A DNA stretch of 63,713 nt, filler included. It is 5 parts of 5 records of this genome, joined end to end, with 100 filler letters (N's around TTAATTAATTAA, not from the genome) between each part and the next. Parts side by side here need not be neighbours in the genome. Positions count along the whole stretch, not along the records: positions 10,523 to 35,836 come from SRR20825006_2467; positions 35,937 to 49,182 come from SRR20825006_2472; 3 more parts are not named here. One strand, 5' to 3'. Positions 29,478-39,131 of the stretch are shown one piece after another. Position numbers and translations under genes: made by a program. The notes below the pieces were generated by a model. That model did no database searches. It worked only from the letters and a program-made list of their open reading frames with translations, and was not told the DNA's origin. How positions within the stretch are numbered: the first letter of the stretch is position 1; each line of letters opens with the position of its first letter.

Positions 29478-29509
29478 AAAAAACCGTCGTGATAAGTTCA
29501 CGACGGTTT
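29478..29509 (-). terminator. Intrinsic terminator of the upstream gene, abutting the glyQS promoter
   Basis: AAACCGTCGTGA-taagt-TCACGACGGTTT with a U-tract on the minus strand. Confidence 0.8.
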
Positions 29510-29537
29510 CAATTATTTTGAAATTAAAAAAATAAAT

Positions 29538-30425
29538 TTATTTAAGCTCCATTGTGGAAGTTGCCACTTGGTTAGCGCCATCAAAAAGATTGATGGTATA
29601 TCTACCTTCAACAAGATCAGATTCAGATGCATTTACCAATATACATACATCCAATTCATCATTTTCATAAAAAACATTTGTTGATGCACTATAATTAAGG
29701 TTTTTGTCCTCAAATTGTTTTACCACATTATCGCCCATCATTTTATTTTTTGGGTTAATAACTTGTACATAAAGGATTCTATCACCTTTTTGTGCAATGG
29801 CATTAGGGGTTAAGGTAAAACAAGCTCTAATTTTATCTGCTCTGCTTGAACGTTTTGTATCCACAACTTTACCGCTATTTCTAATAATTACAGCTTCACC
29901 ACGAAGGTCTGTAGCTTTAACGATAGAACCTTTTTTAATAGTTTGGTTCATAGCCATGTTTTCTTGACTTACAGAATCTACTACCATTCGTGTATTATTT
30001 AGCTCGTTGTAAGTGCTGTCGCGCTCCATAGCTAATTGTTTATTGGCAGCAATCAAGCTATCTGCTCTTTTAAATAGCATTTTGCGTTCTATTTTAAGTT
30101 TACCAACCTCAACTTTGTATCTTTCTATTAATCCAATATTAGCTTTGGCATCTTTTACAGAATCCAAAAGAACTGTAATTCGTTCACGTGCTGAAAGAAG
30201 ATCTTTATCTTTTAATTCATTGTCTTTAATTACTTCGTCATAATTTGCAATAAGGCCTTCCAATTCTTCTTGGATAACCGCTTTTTGAGATTCTAAGCTT
30301 GAAACTTCATTTTTACTATCGTTAAATAGTGTAACGGTATATACCGCTAATGCAATTAGCAAAACTGAAAGAACCCCAATAAGGATCTTAAACTTGCCGC
30401 TGTTATTTTCATTTTCTGTACTCAT
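29538..30425 (-). CDS. Membrane-anchored coiled-coil protein with C-terminal beta domain, function unknown
   Basis: N-terminal TM; heptad-rich region; KIRACF...LYVQVINP...GRYTINLF; no Walker A motif. Confidence 0.75.
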   Translation of the reverse strand: MSTENENNSGKFKILIGVLSVLLIALAVYTVTLFNDSKNEVSSLESQKAVIQEELEGLIANYDEVIKDNELKDKDLLSARERITVLLDSVKDAKANIGLIERYKVEVGKLKIERKMLFKRADSLIAANKQLAMERDSTYNELNNTRMVVDSVSQENMAMNQTIKKGSIVKATDLRGEAVIIRNSGKVVDTKRSSRADKIRACFTLTPNAIAQKGDRILYVQVINPKNKMMGDNVVKQFEDKNLNYSASTNVFYENDELDVCILVNASESDLVEGRYTINLFDGANQVATSTMELK

Positions 30426-30525
30426 AGTTAATAAGTTAAGTTATATTTAGTTGATGATTGTGGGGGTAAATGTAGGTAGGTATTTCTTTAACAAACGTTT
30501 ATAAAATGGTAAAAATTCTTAAAGT

Positions 30526-31188
30526 ATGTTAAATCTACTTTTTCCTAGAGTCTGCGCAGGCTGCCAACAGCAACTTCTGAAATACGAAGAAGTGCTTTGT
30601 TTGCAATGCATTCACGAGCTTCCTGTGGCTTCATTTCATAGAAATAATAGTGAAATTTTAAAGGATAAATTTTATGGAAGATTTGCTTTAGAAAATGCAA
30701 CAGCCCTTATTTATTTTCAGAAAAGAGGAATAACTCAAGAGTTATTACATAATTTAAAGTATCGTGGGAAAAAAGAAATAAGTGCTTTCTTCGGAAAATG
30801 GCTGGGTGCAGAGTTGGCTGAAAACATTTCCTATAAAAAAATAGAAATGGTAATTCCCGTTCCATTACACAAACAGAAGCTAAAAAAACGAGGTTATAAC
30901 CAAGTGGAAGGGTTTGGAAAAGAGCTCGCTTTGGCTTTAAATATTCCCTATTGTGATACTATTTTAATAAAAGTGTCTAAAACAGGTTCACAGGTATTTA
31001 AAACGCGAGTGCTTCGTTTTGAAACGGAAGAAGTTTTTACCATTCAAAACATAACGCTGATTAAAAACAAACATATTCTGTTGGTCGACGATATTATAAC
31101 TACTGGTGCAACCCTTGAAAAATGTGCAATACAGCTATTAAAGGGAGAAAATGTTAAGCTTAGCATTGCTACAATTGCAACAAGCTAA
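30526..31188 (+). CDS. ComF family phosphoribosyltransferase-like protein
   Basis: CxxC..CxxC; IPVPLH...RGYNQ; ILLVDDIITTGAT. Confidence 0.92.
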   Translation: MLNLLFPRVCAGCQQQLLKYEEVLCLQCIHELPVASFHRNNSEILKDKFYGRFALENATALIYFQKRGITQELLHNLKYRGKKEISAFFGKWLGAELAENISYKKIEMVIPVPLHKQKLKKRGYNQVEGFGKELALALNIPYCDTILIKVSKTGSQVFKTRVLRFETEEVFTIQNITLIKNKHILLVDDIITTGATLEKCAIQLLKGENVKLSIATIATS

Positions 31189-31263
31189 AGTTATTTCTAA
31201 ATAGTAATTGGTTATTGTTTATTTTTGAAAACTCAAACACGAGCAATTTTTTAAAAACAATCC

Positions 31264-32868
31264 GTGAAGCACCGCTTACTATATATACCCATTGCATTTT
31301 TGTTTATGCTATCCTTTGTAGATTGCGCAAAAAAGGGAACACCTTCTGGTGGACCAAGTGATACCATTCCGCCAATAATTTTAAAAAGTACTCCCGAAAA
31401 TTACACTACAAATTTTACAGAAGCTGAAATAGAAATCCGTTTTGATGAATATATTAAGCTAAAAGATATAAATACAGAGCTTATAATTTCACCTCCAATG
31501 AAATATGCTCCGGTAATTACACCTCTTAGTACTTCCAAAAGTTTAAAAATAAAAATACTCGATACCTTAAAGCCTAATACCACATATTCCTTCAACTTTG
31601 GGAAAAGTATTGTGGACAATAATGAAGGAAATGAGTTTGAATATTTTAAATATATATTCTCTACCGGAAACTATATTGATAGTCTAAAAATTTCTGGAAA
31701 AGTAAAAGATGCACAGCTTATAGCCCCCGAAATTCCAACGACGGTTATGCTTTATGAAGCAAATGAAATATTTACCGATTCACTTATCTATTCTGAAAAA
31801 CCTACTTATATAACTGTAACGAAAGATAGTACAGGGGTTTTTGAGTTAAGTAATCTAAAAGAAGGTAAATATTTGCTATTAGCCTTGAAAGAAACGAATA
31901 GCAATTACACATTTCAACCGCAAACTGATAAAATAGGTTTTGTAAATGAATTGATTTCAATACCTACCGATTCTACTTTTTCATTAACTCTTTTTAAAGA
32001 AACACCCGATTATAAGCTTGCAAGACCGAGCCATGTTGGTAAAAATCATATAATTTTTGGTTATACTGGGTTTGCTGATAGCCTAGATATTTCGGTGCTT
32101 TCAGAGGTTTCAGAAGATTATACTTCCGCAATTTTTAAAGACGAAGTAAAAGATACACTTCACTATTGGTTTAAACCTGTAATTGAAACTGATTCGCTTG
32201 TTTTTAAAGTTGCAAACAAAAATAGTATCGATACAACAACGGTGCGTATTCGTGAGTTTTACCAAGATTCATTAAATATTTCTGCATTAAAATCAGGAAC
32301 TATTAAGCTAAAAGACACTTTTAAGTTAAGAGCAAATATTCCTTTGGTTTCTCTTGATTCTGAAAAATTTGAAGTGATGCGAAAAGATTCTTCATTTATT
32401 CAACCAACTGTAAAACTGAATAAAGAATACAATTGGGCTGAAGTGTTTTTTCCGAAAGAAGAAGATCAACGATATACTATAAAATTATTGCCTGGAGCTG
32501 TAACAGATTTTTTTGACGGTACAAACGACACGCTTCAATTTAATGTAAACACCCGTGTTGCCTCAGATTATGGAACATTGAGCCTCACTATAAAAAATGT
32601 AGTTCAATATCCTATTATTGTACAAATTCTAGATAATAAGTATAGAATTGTGGGGGAAGAATACTTAACTGAAGCTAAAAATGTGTTTTTTGATGCGCTT
32701 TCGCCAAATAAATATTTCTTACGAATTATTTATGATGACAACCAAAATCATAAATGGGATTCAGGAAGTTTCTTAAACCGTTTGCAACCTGAAAAAATTA
32801 TTTATTATCCTACACAGATAGAAGTTCGCGCCAATTGGAGTTTGAATGAAACTTTTATTTTAAAGTAA
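31264..32868 (+). CDS. Ig-like (Big_5-type) domain lipoprotein
   Basis: CAKKGTPSGGPSDTIPP start; FDEYI; LKPNTTYSFNFG.SIVDNNEGN; DDNQNHKWDSG; VRANW. Confidence 0.85.
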   Translation: MKHRLLYIPIAFLFMLSFVDCAKKGTPSGGPSDTIPPIILKSTPENYTTNFTEAEIEIRFDEYIKLKDINTELIISPPMKYAPVITPLSTSKSLKIKILDTLKPNTTYSFNFGKSIVDNNEGNEFEYFKYIFSTGNYIDSLKISGKVKDAQLIAPEIPTTVMLYEANEIFTDSLIYSEKPTYITVTKDSTGVFELSNLKEGKYLLLALKETNSNYTFQPQTDKIGFVNELISIPTDSTFSLTLFKETPDYKLARPSHVGKNHIIFGYTGFADSLDISVLSEVSEDYTSAIFKDEVKDTLHYWFKPVIETDSLVFKVANKNSIDTTTVRIREFYQDSLNISALKSGTIKLKDTFKLRANIPLVSLDSEKFEVMRKDSSFIQPTVKLNKEYNWAEVFFPKEEDQRYTIKLLPGAVTDFFDGTNDTLQFNVNTRVASDYGTLSLTIKNVVQYPIIVQILDNKYRIVGEEYLTEAKNVFFDALSPNKYFLRIIYDDNQNHKWDSGSFLNRLQPEKIIYYPTQIEVRANWSLNETFILK

Positions 32869-33631
32869 ATTCGTCTCGATCATTCAAAAATTGAAGCTGT
32901 TTTCGGTTGTTTTGAATATGTGTTTTTTCCAAAAAAATAGTTTCAATAAATTCTCCAGTATTCGATTTGGAAATCTGTTTTCCTAAAGCATCATACAAAG
33001 CGGAATGACCGTTATATTCATGACTATTCTCGTCAAAACCTGTTCTGTTTACGCCAACGCAATATGCCATATTTTCTATTGCACGTGCGCGAAGTAAGGT
33101 ATCCCAAGCTAAAATCCGTACTTTTGGCCAGTTAGCAACATAGATTAAAACATCATAACTGTCCGTGTTTCTTGCCCAAACAGGAAAACGAAGATCATAA
33201 CAAATAAGCGGACAGATTCTCCAGCCTTTATAATCAACAATTAAACGCTCTTTTCCTGCGGTATATGTTTCGTTTTCTTTCGCTAAAGTGAAGGTGTGTT
33301 TTTTGTCATATTTTTTATAACTACCATCGGGAAAAACGAAAAATAAACGATTGTAAAAATTATTATTTTCAGAAATAATAACGCTTCCGGTAATAGCTGC
33401 ATTGTGTTTTTTTGCTGTGGAAATCATCCATTGCAACGTTTCACCATTATTTGGTTCTGCAAGTTTTTCGGCATTCATTGAAAAACCAGTAGTAAACATT
33501 TCAGGAAGCACAAATACGTCTGTTTCTTCATTAATATTTTGAATTTTCTTAGAAAACATATTTCGATTTGCAGCTGCGTTTTCCCAGTGCAATTCACTTT
33601 GAATTATTGTTATTTTAAGATTTTCTTCCAA
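32855..33631 (-). CDS. Nitrilase-superfamily amidohydrolase (omega-amidase/YafV-like)
   Basis: E-K-C triad: LPEMFTTGF, YDKKH, ICYDLRFP. Confidence 0.93.
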   Translation of the reverse strand: MEENLKITIIQSELHWENAAANRNMFSKKIQNINEETDVFVLPEMFTTGFSMNAEKLAEPNNGETLQWMISTAKKHNAAITGSVIISENNNFYNRLFFVFPDGSYKKYDKKHTFTLAKENETYTAGKERLIVDYKGWRICPLICYDLRFPVWARNTDSYDVLIYVANWPKVRILAWDTLLRARAIENMAYCVGVNRTGFDENSHEYNGHSALYDALGKQISKSNTGEFIETIFLEKTHIQNNRKQLQFLNDRDEFTLK

Positions 33632-33634
33632 AAT

Positions 33635-34102
33635 TTATTTTTCAAGTAATTCAATGAGTTCACGTATTCCCTGCATTTTTGCATGATCGGCTGCAGTAAA
33701 ATCACGATCGTCTTTTAAGGTTTTATCAGCTCCGTTTTCTAAAAGCATTTGTGCAATTTCTTTTTTGCCAAATGTAGCGGCAAAAATAAGCGGTGTTGCC
33801 CCATTAAAATTTGTAATGTTTGGATTTGCACCTTTCTGTAATAACAGTTTTGCGAGCGAGTCAAAGCCTTTAAAACAAACACCCATTAATGCTGTGTTTC
33901 CAGAAGCATCTTGTTCGTCTATATTTTGTGGGTATTCCAAAATAACTTCTGAAATATCAAAAAGGCCATAGTAAGTAGCCAAAAGTAATGGCGTTGAACC
34001 CCGAGCATCTTTCTGAGAAACTAATTCTGGATTGCGCTTCAAAAGTTTTTCTACTTCCGAAGTTTCTTTTAACCGTATTGCATTAAAAAGACTTTCTTTC
34101 AT
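33635..34102 (-). CDS. Ankyrin-repeat protein
   Basis: GSTPLLLATYYG, GNTALMGVCFKG, GATPLIFAATFG repeats. Confidence 0.92.
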   Translation of the reverse strand: MKESLFNAIRLKETSEVEKLLKRNPELVSQKDARGSTPLLLATYYGLFDISEVILEYPQNIDEQDASGNTALMGVCFKGFDSLAKLLLQKGANPNITNFNGATPLIFAATFGKKEIAQMLLENGADKTLKDDRDFTAADHAKMQGIRELIELLEK

Positions 34103-34115
34103 AAGTTATAAAAGT

Positions 34116-34151
34116 AAAAAAACAGAGCCACATAATTTTGCAACTCTGTTT
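34116..34151 (-). terminator. Intrinsic terminator after katG
   Basis: Minus strand AAACAGAGTTGCA-aaatta-TGTGGCTCTGTTT plus U-tract (G-U pairs). Confidence 0.6.
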
Positions 34152-34173
34152 AAATTGTAGTTAAAAAACCAAA

Positions 34174-35835
34174 TTATTTTAAGTCAAAACGATCCAGATT
34201 CATCACCTTATTCCACGCTGCAGCAAAATCATTCACAAATTTTTCTTGAGAATCTTGAGAAGCATAAACTTCTGAAATGGCTCTAAGCTCTGAATTGGAG
34301 CCAAAAATAAGATCCGCTCGGGTGCCTGTCCATTTAAAAGTATCTGTTACACGGTTTCGGCCTTCAAAGATTTTATCGTCTTTTGAAACAGCTTTCCAAG
34401 TTGTTCCTAAATCCAAAACATTCACAAAGAAATCATTAGTTAATGCACCTGGATTTTCTGTGAAAACTCCATGATCTGAGCCATCAAAATTAGTTTTCAA
34501 AACGCGCATTCCACCTACAAGAACCGTCATTTCAGGAACAGTTAACGTCAACAATTGTGCTTTATCAACCAATAATTCTTCAAAAGAAGCGTGTTGATTT
34601 GGTTTTAAATAATTTCTAAACCCATCAGCAACAGGCTCTAAGTGAGCAAACGATTCTACATCGGTCTGTTCTTGTGAAGCGTCCCCTCTTCCTGGAGTGA
34701 AAGGAACTGTTAGATCTTGGCCAGCATTTTTTGCAGCTTTTTCAATTGCAGCGCATCCACCAAGAACGATTAAATCTGCCAGAGAAACTTTCTTTTCCCC
34801 GCTTTTATTATTGAAATCTTTTTGGATTTCTTCAAGCTTGTTTATAACTTTAGCTAATTCTGAAGGCTTGTTTACTTCCCAATTTTTCTGGGGTTCTAAA
34901 CGGATTCTTGCGCCATTTGCACCGCCACGCATATCAGAGCCACGATAGGTTGAAGCAGAAGCCCAAGCAGTAGAAACTAATTGTGAAATAGATAAACCAG
35001 CACCGAGGATTGTTTTTTTCAATGAAACAACATCGTCATCATTTATTAATGTATGATTTACTTCTGGAATAGGATCTTGCCATAGTAATTCTTCTTTTGG
35101 CACTTCTGGACCTAAATATCGTGAGATTGGTCCCATATCTCGGTGTGTTAATTTGTACCAAGCGCGCGCAAAAGCATCTTCAAATTCTGCTGGGTTTTCA
35201 CGGAAATTTAATGATATTTTTTTATAAATCGGATCCATTTTAAGTGCCATATCTGCCGTGGACATCATTAAGTCCTGTGTTTTTGAAGCATCATGTGCCA
35301 TTGGAGCTTTATGAGCATTAGAAGATTCAGTTGGTTTCCATTGGTGCGCTCCAGCAGGGCTTTTTGTTAATTCCCAATCATAATCCAATAATACTCTAAA
35401 ATAATCGTGGTCCCATTTATTAGGAACTGGTGTCCAAGCCCCTTCAATACCACTTGTAATGGTATCATCGCCAAACCCCGATTTATAACTATTTATCCAA
35501 CCTTTCCCCAAATGTTCAATAGCAGCACCTTCAGGTTCAGCATCTACATATTTTTCAGGATCAGCAGCTCCATGGGCTTTACCAAAGGTATGGCCACCAG
35601 CTATTAAAGCTACTGTTTCATAATCGTCCATTGCCATACGCCCAAAAGTTTCTCTAATATCATGTGCAGATCCTAATGGGTCTGGCACACCGTTTGGGCC
35701 TTCAGGATTTACATAAATAAGCCCCATATGTGCTGCGCCCAAAGGTTTTTCTAACTCACCTTCTTTTTTGTAACGTTCATCATTTCCTAACCATTGTGTT
35801 TCTGAACCCCAATAAATATCTTGTTCTGGTTCCCA
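34174..35835 (-). CDS. katG: Catalase-peroxidase, 5' truncated at the contig end
   Basis: [55 protein letters not shown]. Confidence 0.97.
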   Translation of the reverse strand, partial: WEPEQDIYWGSETQWLGNDERYKKEGELEKPLGAAHMGLIYVNPEGPNGVPDPLGSAHDIRETFGRMAMDDYETVALIAGGHTFGKAHGAADPEKYVDAEPEGAAIEHLGKGWINSYKSGFGDDTITSGIEGAWTPVPNKWDHDYFRVLLDYDWELTKSPAGAHQWKPTESSNAHKAPMAHDASKTQDLMMSTADMALKMDPIYKKISLNFRENPAEFEDAFARAWYKLTHRDMGPISRYLGPEVPKEELLWQDPIPEVNHTLINDDDVVSLKKTILGAGLSISQLVSTAWASASTYRGSDMRGGANGARIRLEPQKNWEVNKPSELAKVINKLEEIQKDFNNKSGEKKVSLADLIVLGGCAAIEKAAKNAGQDLTVPFTPGRGDASQEQTDVESFAHLEPVADGFRNYLKPNQHASFEELLVDKAQLLTLTVPEMTVLVGGMRVLKTNFDGSDHGVFTENPGALTNDFFVNVLDLGTTWKAVSKDDKIFEGRNRVTDTFKWTGTRADLIFGSNSELRAISEVYASQDSQEKFVNDFAAAWNKVMNLDRFDLK

Positions 35836-35836
35836 A

Positions 35837-35936
35837 NNNNNNNNNNNNNNNNNNNNNNNNNNNNNNNNNNNNNNNNNNNNTTAATTAATTAANNNNNNNN
35901 NNNNNNNNNNNNNNNNNNNNNNNNNNNNNNNNNNNN
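35837..35936. other. Artificial contig linker
   Basis: 44 N + TTAATTAATTAA + 44 N. Confidence 0.99.
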
Positions 35937-36968
35937 TTAAATAGAGCTAAATTAAATGCAATGGCTGTTCAATATCAATCGGACGACATTCGAGATGATA
36001 TTAGACTTTCTGTTGCAAATGCATACCTACAAATATTGTCTAATAGAGAAACGCTTAATGTTTTAAATGCTCAATATAGAGCTACACAACAAGATTTAGA
36101 GCGTACCAATGAGTTAGTAGAAAATGGAGTGTTGCCAAAAGGAGACCTTCTAGAGATCCAAGCTACTGCTGCAAATCAAGAACAACAAATAGTTGCTGCT
36201 GAAAACAGTGTGCTTATAGCAAGAATAAGTTTAGCGCAATTGCTTCAAATAAGCGATTATGAAAATTTTGATGTAGTAGATGAAGGGTATGCAATTCCAG
36301 ATGATGCTGTATTGGAGATTACCCCAAGAGAAATTTATGAGAAAGCTTTGACTTTTAGAAATGATATAAAAGCATCAGAAGCAAATGTGGATTTAGCAGA
36401 AAAAGATCTTCAGATAGCAAAAGGAGCTAGGTATCCTACCATAAGTGCTTTCTTTCAATATAATACCAGATATTCTGATAACGCAAGATATCCAAGTACT
36501 ATAGATCCTAATACGCAACAAATAATACCTGGAGCAGAAATTTCTTTTAAAGACCAATTGTGGTTGCAAGATGGTTTTGCATATGGTGCGCAAATTAATA
36601 TCCCAATCTTGAATGGGTTTTCTGTAAATAATAATATCAAGAGAAGTCAAATTGATGTGGAGCGCGCTAAATTACAGTTTACACAAGAGAAATTAAATTT
36701 AGAAACAGATATTAATCAGGCTTATGTAGATGTAAAAGGTTCTTATAAAAGTTATGAAGCAGCAGGAAAAACAGTAGAAGCTAGACGTCTGTCTTATGAT
36801 TATGCTAAAGAACGCTACAATGTTGGATTAATGAATAGCTTCGATTTTAGTCAGGCGCAAGCACGTTTAGACGATGCAGAAGCTACTTTAATTCAAACAA
36901 AATATGATTTTATCTTCCGTTTAAAGGTGCTTAAATTTTATTATGGAATTCCTTTGGAAGAATGGTAA
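35937..36968 (+). CDS. TolC family outer-membrane efflux protein, 5' truncated
   Basis: VANAYLQIL, YPTISA, INIPILNG, ERYNVG, KYDFIFRLKVLKFYYG. Confidence 0.9.
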   Translation, partial: LNRAKLNAMAVQYQSDDIRDDIRLSVANAYLQILSNRETLNVLNAQYRATQQDLERTNELVENGVLPKGDLLEIQATAANQEQQIVAAENSVLIARISLAQLLQISDYENFDVVDEGYAIPDDAVLEITPREIYEKALTFRNDIKASEANVDLAEKDLQIAKGARYPTISAFFQYNTRYSDNARYPSTIDPNTQQIIPGAEISFKDQLWLQDGFAYGAQINIPILNGFSVNNNIKRSQIDVERAKLQFTQEKLNLETDINQAYVDVKGSYKSYEAAGKTVEARRLSYDYAKERYNVGLMNSFDFSQAQARLDDAEATLIQTKYDFIFRLKVLKFYYGIPLEEW

Positions 36969-36989
36969 TATAGCTAGTATTTTTGCATA

Positions 36990-37661
36990 ATGGCAAAGAT
37001 TCTAAATATAGAAACCGCAACTACCAATTGCTCTGTGAGTATAAGTGCTAACGGAAAAATAGTAGCATTAAAAGAAATTAATGATAGCGGTTATACGCAT
37101 GCTGAAAATTTACATGTATTTATCAAAGAAGCGTTGAAAGACGCTTCTTTGTTGTTTTCAGAAATAGATGCTATTGCGGTAAGTAAAGGTCCTGGTTCTT
37201 ATACAGGCTTGCGTATAGGAGTTTCTACTGCAAAAGGATTGTGTTATTCTTTGGATAAACCATTAATTTCTGTTCCTACACTAGCTGTTTTAGCCGAAAA
37301 TAATAATGAAAAAACCGATTTTGTAGTCTCTTTGCTAGATGCAAGAAGAATGGAAGTTTATGCTGCTATTTTTAAAAATGGAGTGCAAGTAAGGGCTACA
37401 AAAGCTGAAATAATTACTCCAACATCTTTTTCTGAGTTTTTAGAGGAGGGAAGCGTTTATTTTGTGGGTGATGGTGCTGAGAAATGTAAGACTGTAATTA
37501 CACACGAAAATGCTATTTTTTCTTCTGAAGTAAAATATCCTTCAGCAAAAGATATGGCAGTTTTAGCAACCGAAAAATATAAAATAGGCGACTTTGAGGA
37601 TGTCGCCTATTTTGAGCCTTATTATTTAAAAGATTTTGTAACTACAAAACCTAAAAAATAA
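36990..37661 (+). CDS. tsaB: t6A biosynthesis protein TsaB
   Basis: ILNIETAT; AVSKGPGSYTGLRIG; DARRMEVY; FEPYYLK. Confidence 0.96.
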   Translation: MAKILNIETATTNCSVSISANGKIVALKEINDSGYTHAENLHVFIKEALKDASLLFSEIDAIAVSKGPGSYTGLRIGVSTAKGLCYSLDKPLISVPTLAVLAENNNEKTDFVVSLLDARRMEVYAAIFKNGVQVRATKAEIITPTSFSEFLEEGSVYFVGDGAEKCKTVITHENAIFSSEVKYPSAKDMAVLATEKYKIGDFEDVAYFEPYYLKDFVTTKPKK

Positions 37662-37778
37662 ACTAACTCGCAGGACAAGCCCACGAGATATTCGAACGAA
37701 ACAATTTAACTTATTTCCCTGCAGAACCCTATAGTTAACTTATAAAAGGCTCTGGGAAATTAAACCCTTCTTGAGGGA

Positions 37779-38591
37779 TTAAGCTTGTTTTTGAATCTCC
37801 ACTTGATGAGGGTAAGGAATTTCAATACCTTCTGCATCAAATCTATTCTTTATTTCTTCTAAAACATACCAACGGCAATCCCAGAAATCATCGTTTGTAG
37901 CCCAATATCTTAATGATAAATTTACAGAGCTATCTGCAAGTTCTGCAACCATAACAGCGGGTTCTGGATGCTTTAACACCTTGTCATTACTACTTACAAT
38001 ATCAAGTAAAATTGCTTTTGCTTTTTTAATATCAGAATCATAGCTAATTCCAGCTGTTATATTTTCTCTTCGGGTGCTCTCTGCACTATAGTTTACAATG
38101 TTTTCATTGGAGAGCTTTCCGTTTGGAATAATAGCTTGTTGGTTTCCGAAAGTATTTAAAACGGTATTGATAATTCCAATTTCTTTAACGGTACCAGAAA
38201 GCCCTTGTGCTTCTATAAAATCGCCTACTTTAAAAGGCTTAAAAATAAGAATAAGAACTCCTCCAGCAAAGTTTGCTAAAGAACCTTGTAGTGCCAAACC
38301 AACAGCTAAACCAGCCGAGGCAATAATAGCAGCAAAAGAGGTAGTTTCAATACCTAATGTTCCTAAAATAACAATAATTAGAAGTATTTTTAGCGCCCAA
38401 TATAAAAGGGTTCCTAAAAATTCACGAAGACTTATTTCATAGTTTCTTCGCTCCATTATTTTTCGTGCGTATTTTACTACTCGGCTAAATATTATAGAAC
38501 CAATAATCCATATTAAAATAGCCATTACAATTTTTGGAGCGTATTCTACTACTAATGCAATTCCTTGCTCTAACCACTTGTCTGTTTCCAT
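37779..38591 (-). CDS. mscS: Small-conductance mechanosensitive channel
   Basis: AGLAVGLALQGSLANFAGG, PFKVGDFI, IPNG, GISYDSD, IEIPYP. Confidence 0.93.
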   Translation of the reverse strand: METDKWLEQGIALVVEYAPKIVMAILIWIIGSIIFSRVVKYARKIMERRNYEISLREFLGTLLYWALKILLIIVILGTLGIETTSFAAIIASAGLAVGLALQGSLANFAGGVLILIFKPFKVGDFIEAQGLSGTVKEIGIINTVLNTFGNQQAIIPNGKLSNENIVNYSAESTRRENITAGISYDSDIKKAKAILLDIVSSNDKVLKHPEPAVMVAELADSSVNLSLRYWATNDDFWDCRWYVLEEIKNRFDAEGIEIPYPHQVEIQKQA

Positions 38592-38741
38592 ATTAATTTT
38601 TTTTAATTTTTTTCAAAATTAGAACCTATAATTCTAAATAGAAAAAATATCAGGTGCTTTATGATGTTTATTTTCATAAAAATAAAAAAAATCTGTTTAA
38701 CGGCTTTTAGCAATTAAACAGACTTTCTATCTTTTTAAGAC

Positions 38742-38942
38742 TTAATCTATTTCGAAAGTGATTTTTAGATTTACCCGATAATTATCAATTTCTCCATTAT
38801 TTACCGTTGCACTTTGTTCGTTCACATAAACCGATTTAATGTTATTAACCGATTTAGATGCTTTCTGTATTGCATTTTTTGTAGCGTCTTCCCAACTTTT
38901 GTCAGAATTAGCTAATACTTCAATTACTTTTAAAACTGCCAT
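38742..38942 (-). CDS. Dodecin family protein
   Basis: KVIEVLANSDKSWEDA...ASKSVNNI...YRVNLKITF, 66 aa. Confidence 0.9.
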   Translation of the reverse strand: MAVLKVIEVLANSDKSWEDATKNAIQKASKSVNNIKSVYVNEQSATVNNGEIDNYRVNLKITFEID

Positions 38943-39045
38943 AATATTACATTTTGATGTTAATTATTCGTTGTACCTAAATATAATTTATTTTTATCAG
39001 TATCTAAAATTCATAGTTACTAACTTATGGATTCATAGTTAGTTA

Positions 39046-39083
39046 TTAATTTCAAAGTAATATTTTGGTAACTTTAAATTAAC
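39046..39083 (+). promoter_or_regulatory. Pho-box-like 11-bp-period direct repeats
   Basis: TTAAT 39046, GTAAT 39057, GTAAC 39068, TTAAC 39079 upstream of a phosphate transporter. Confidence 0.55.
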
Positions 39084-39131
39084 TTGGCTTTTAAATTGTT
39101 AATAGACTTTTGCTTTTAGTTAAAAGTTTAT

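Noticed and set aside
29538-30425. ParA-type partition protein (a common label for this family)
   Set aside because: No Walker A motif; has a TM anchor and coiled coil
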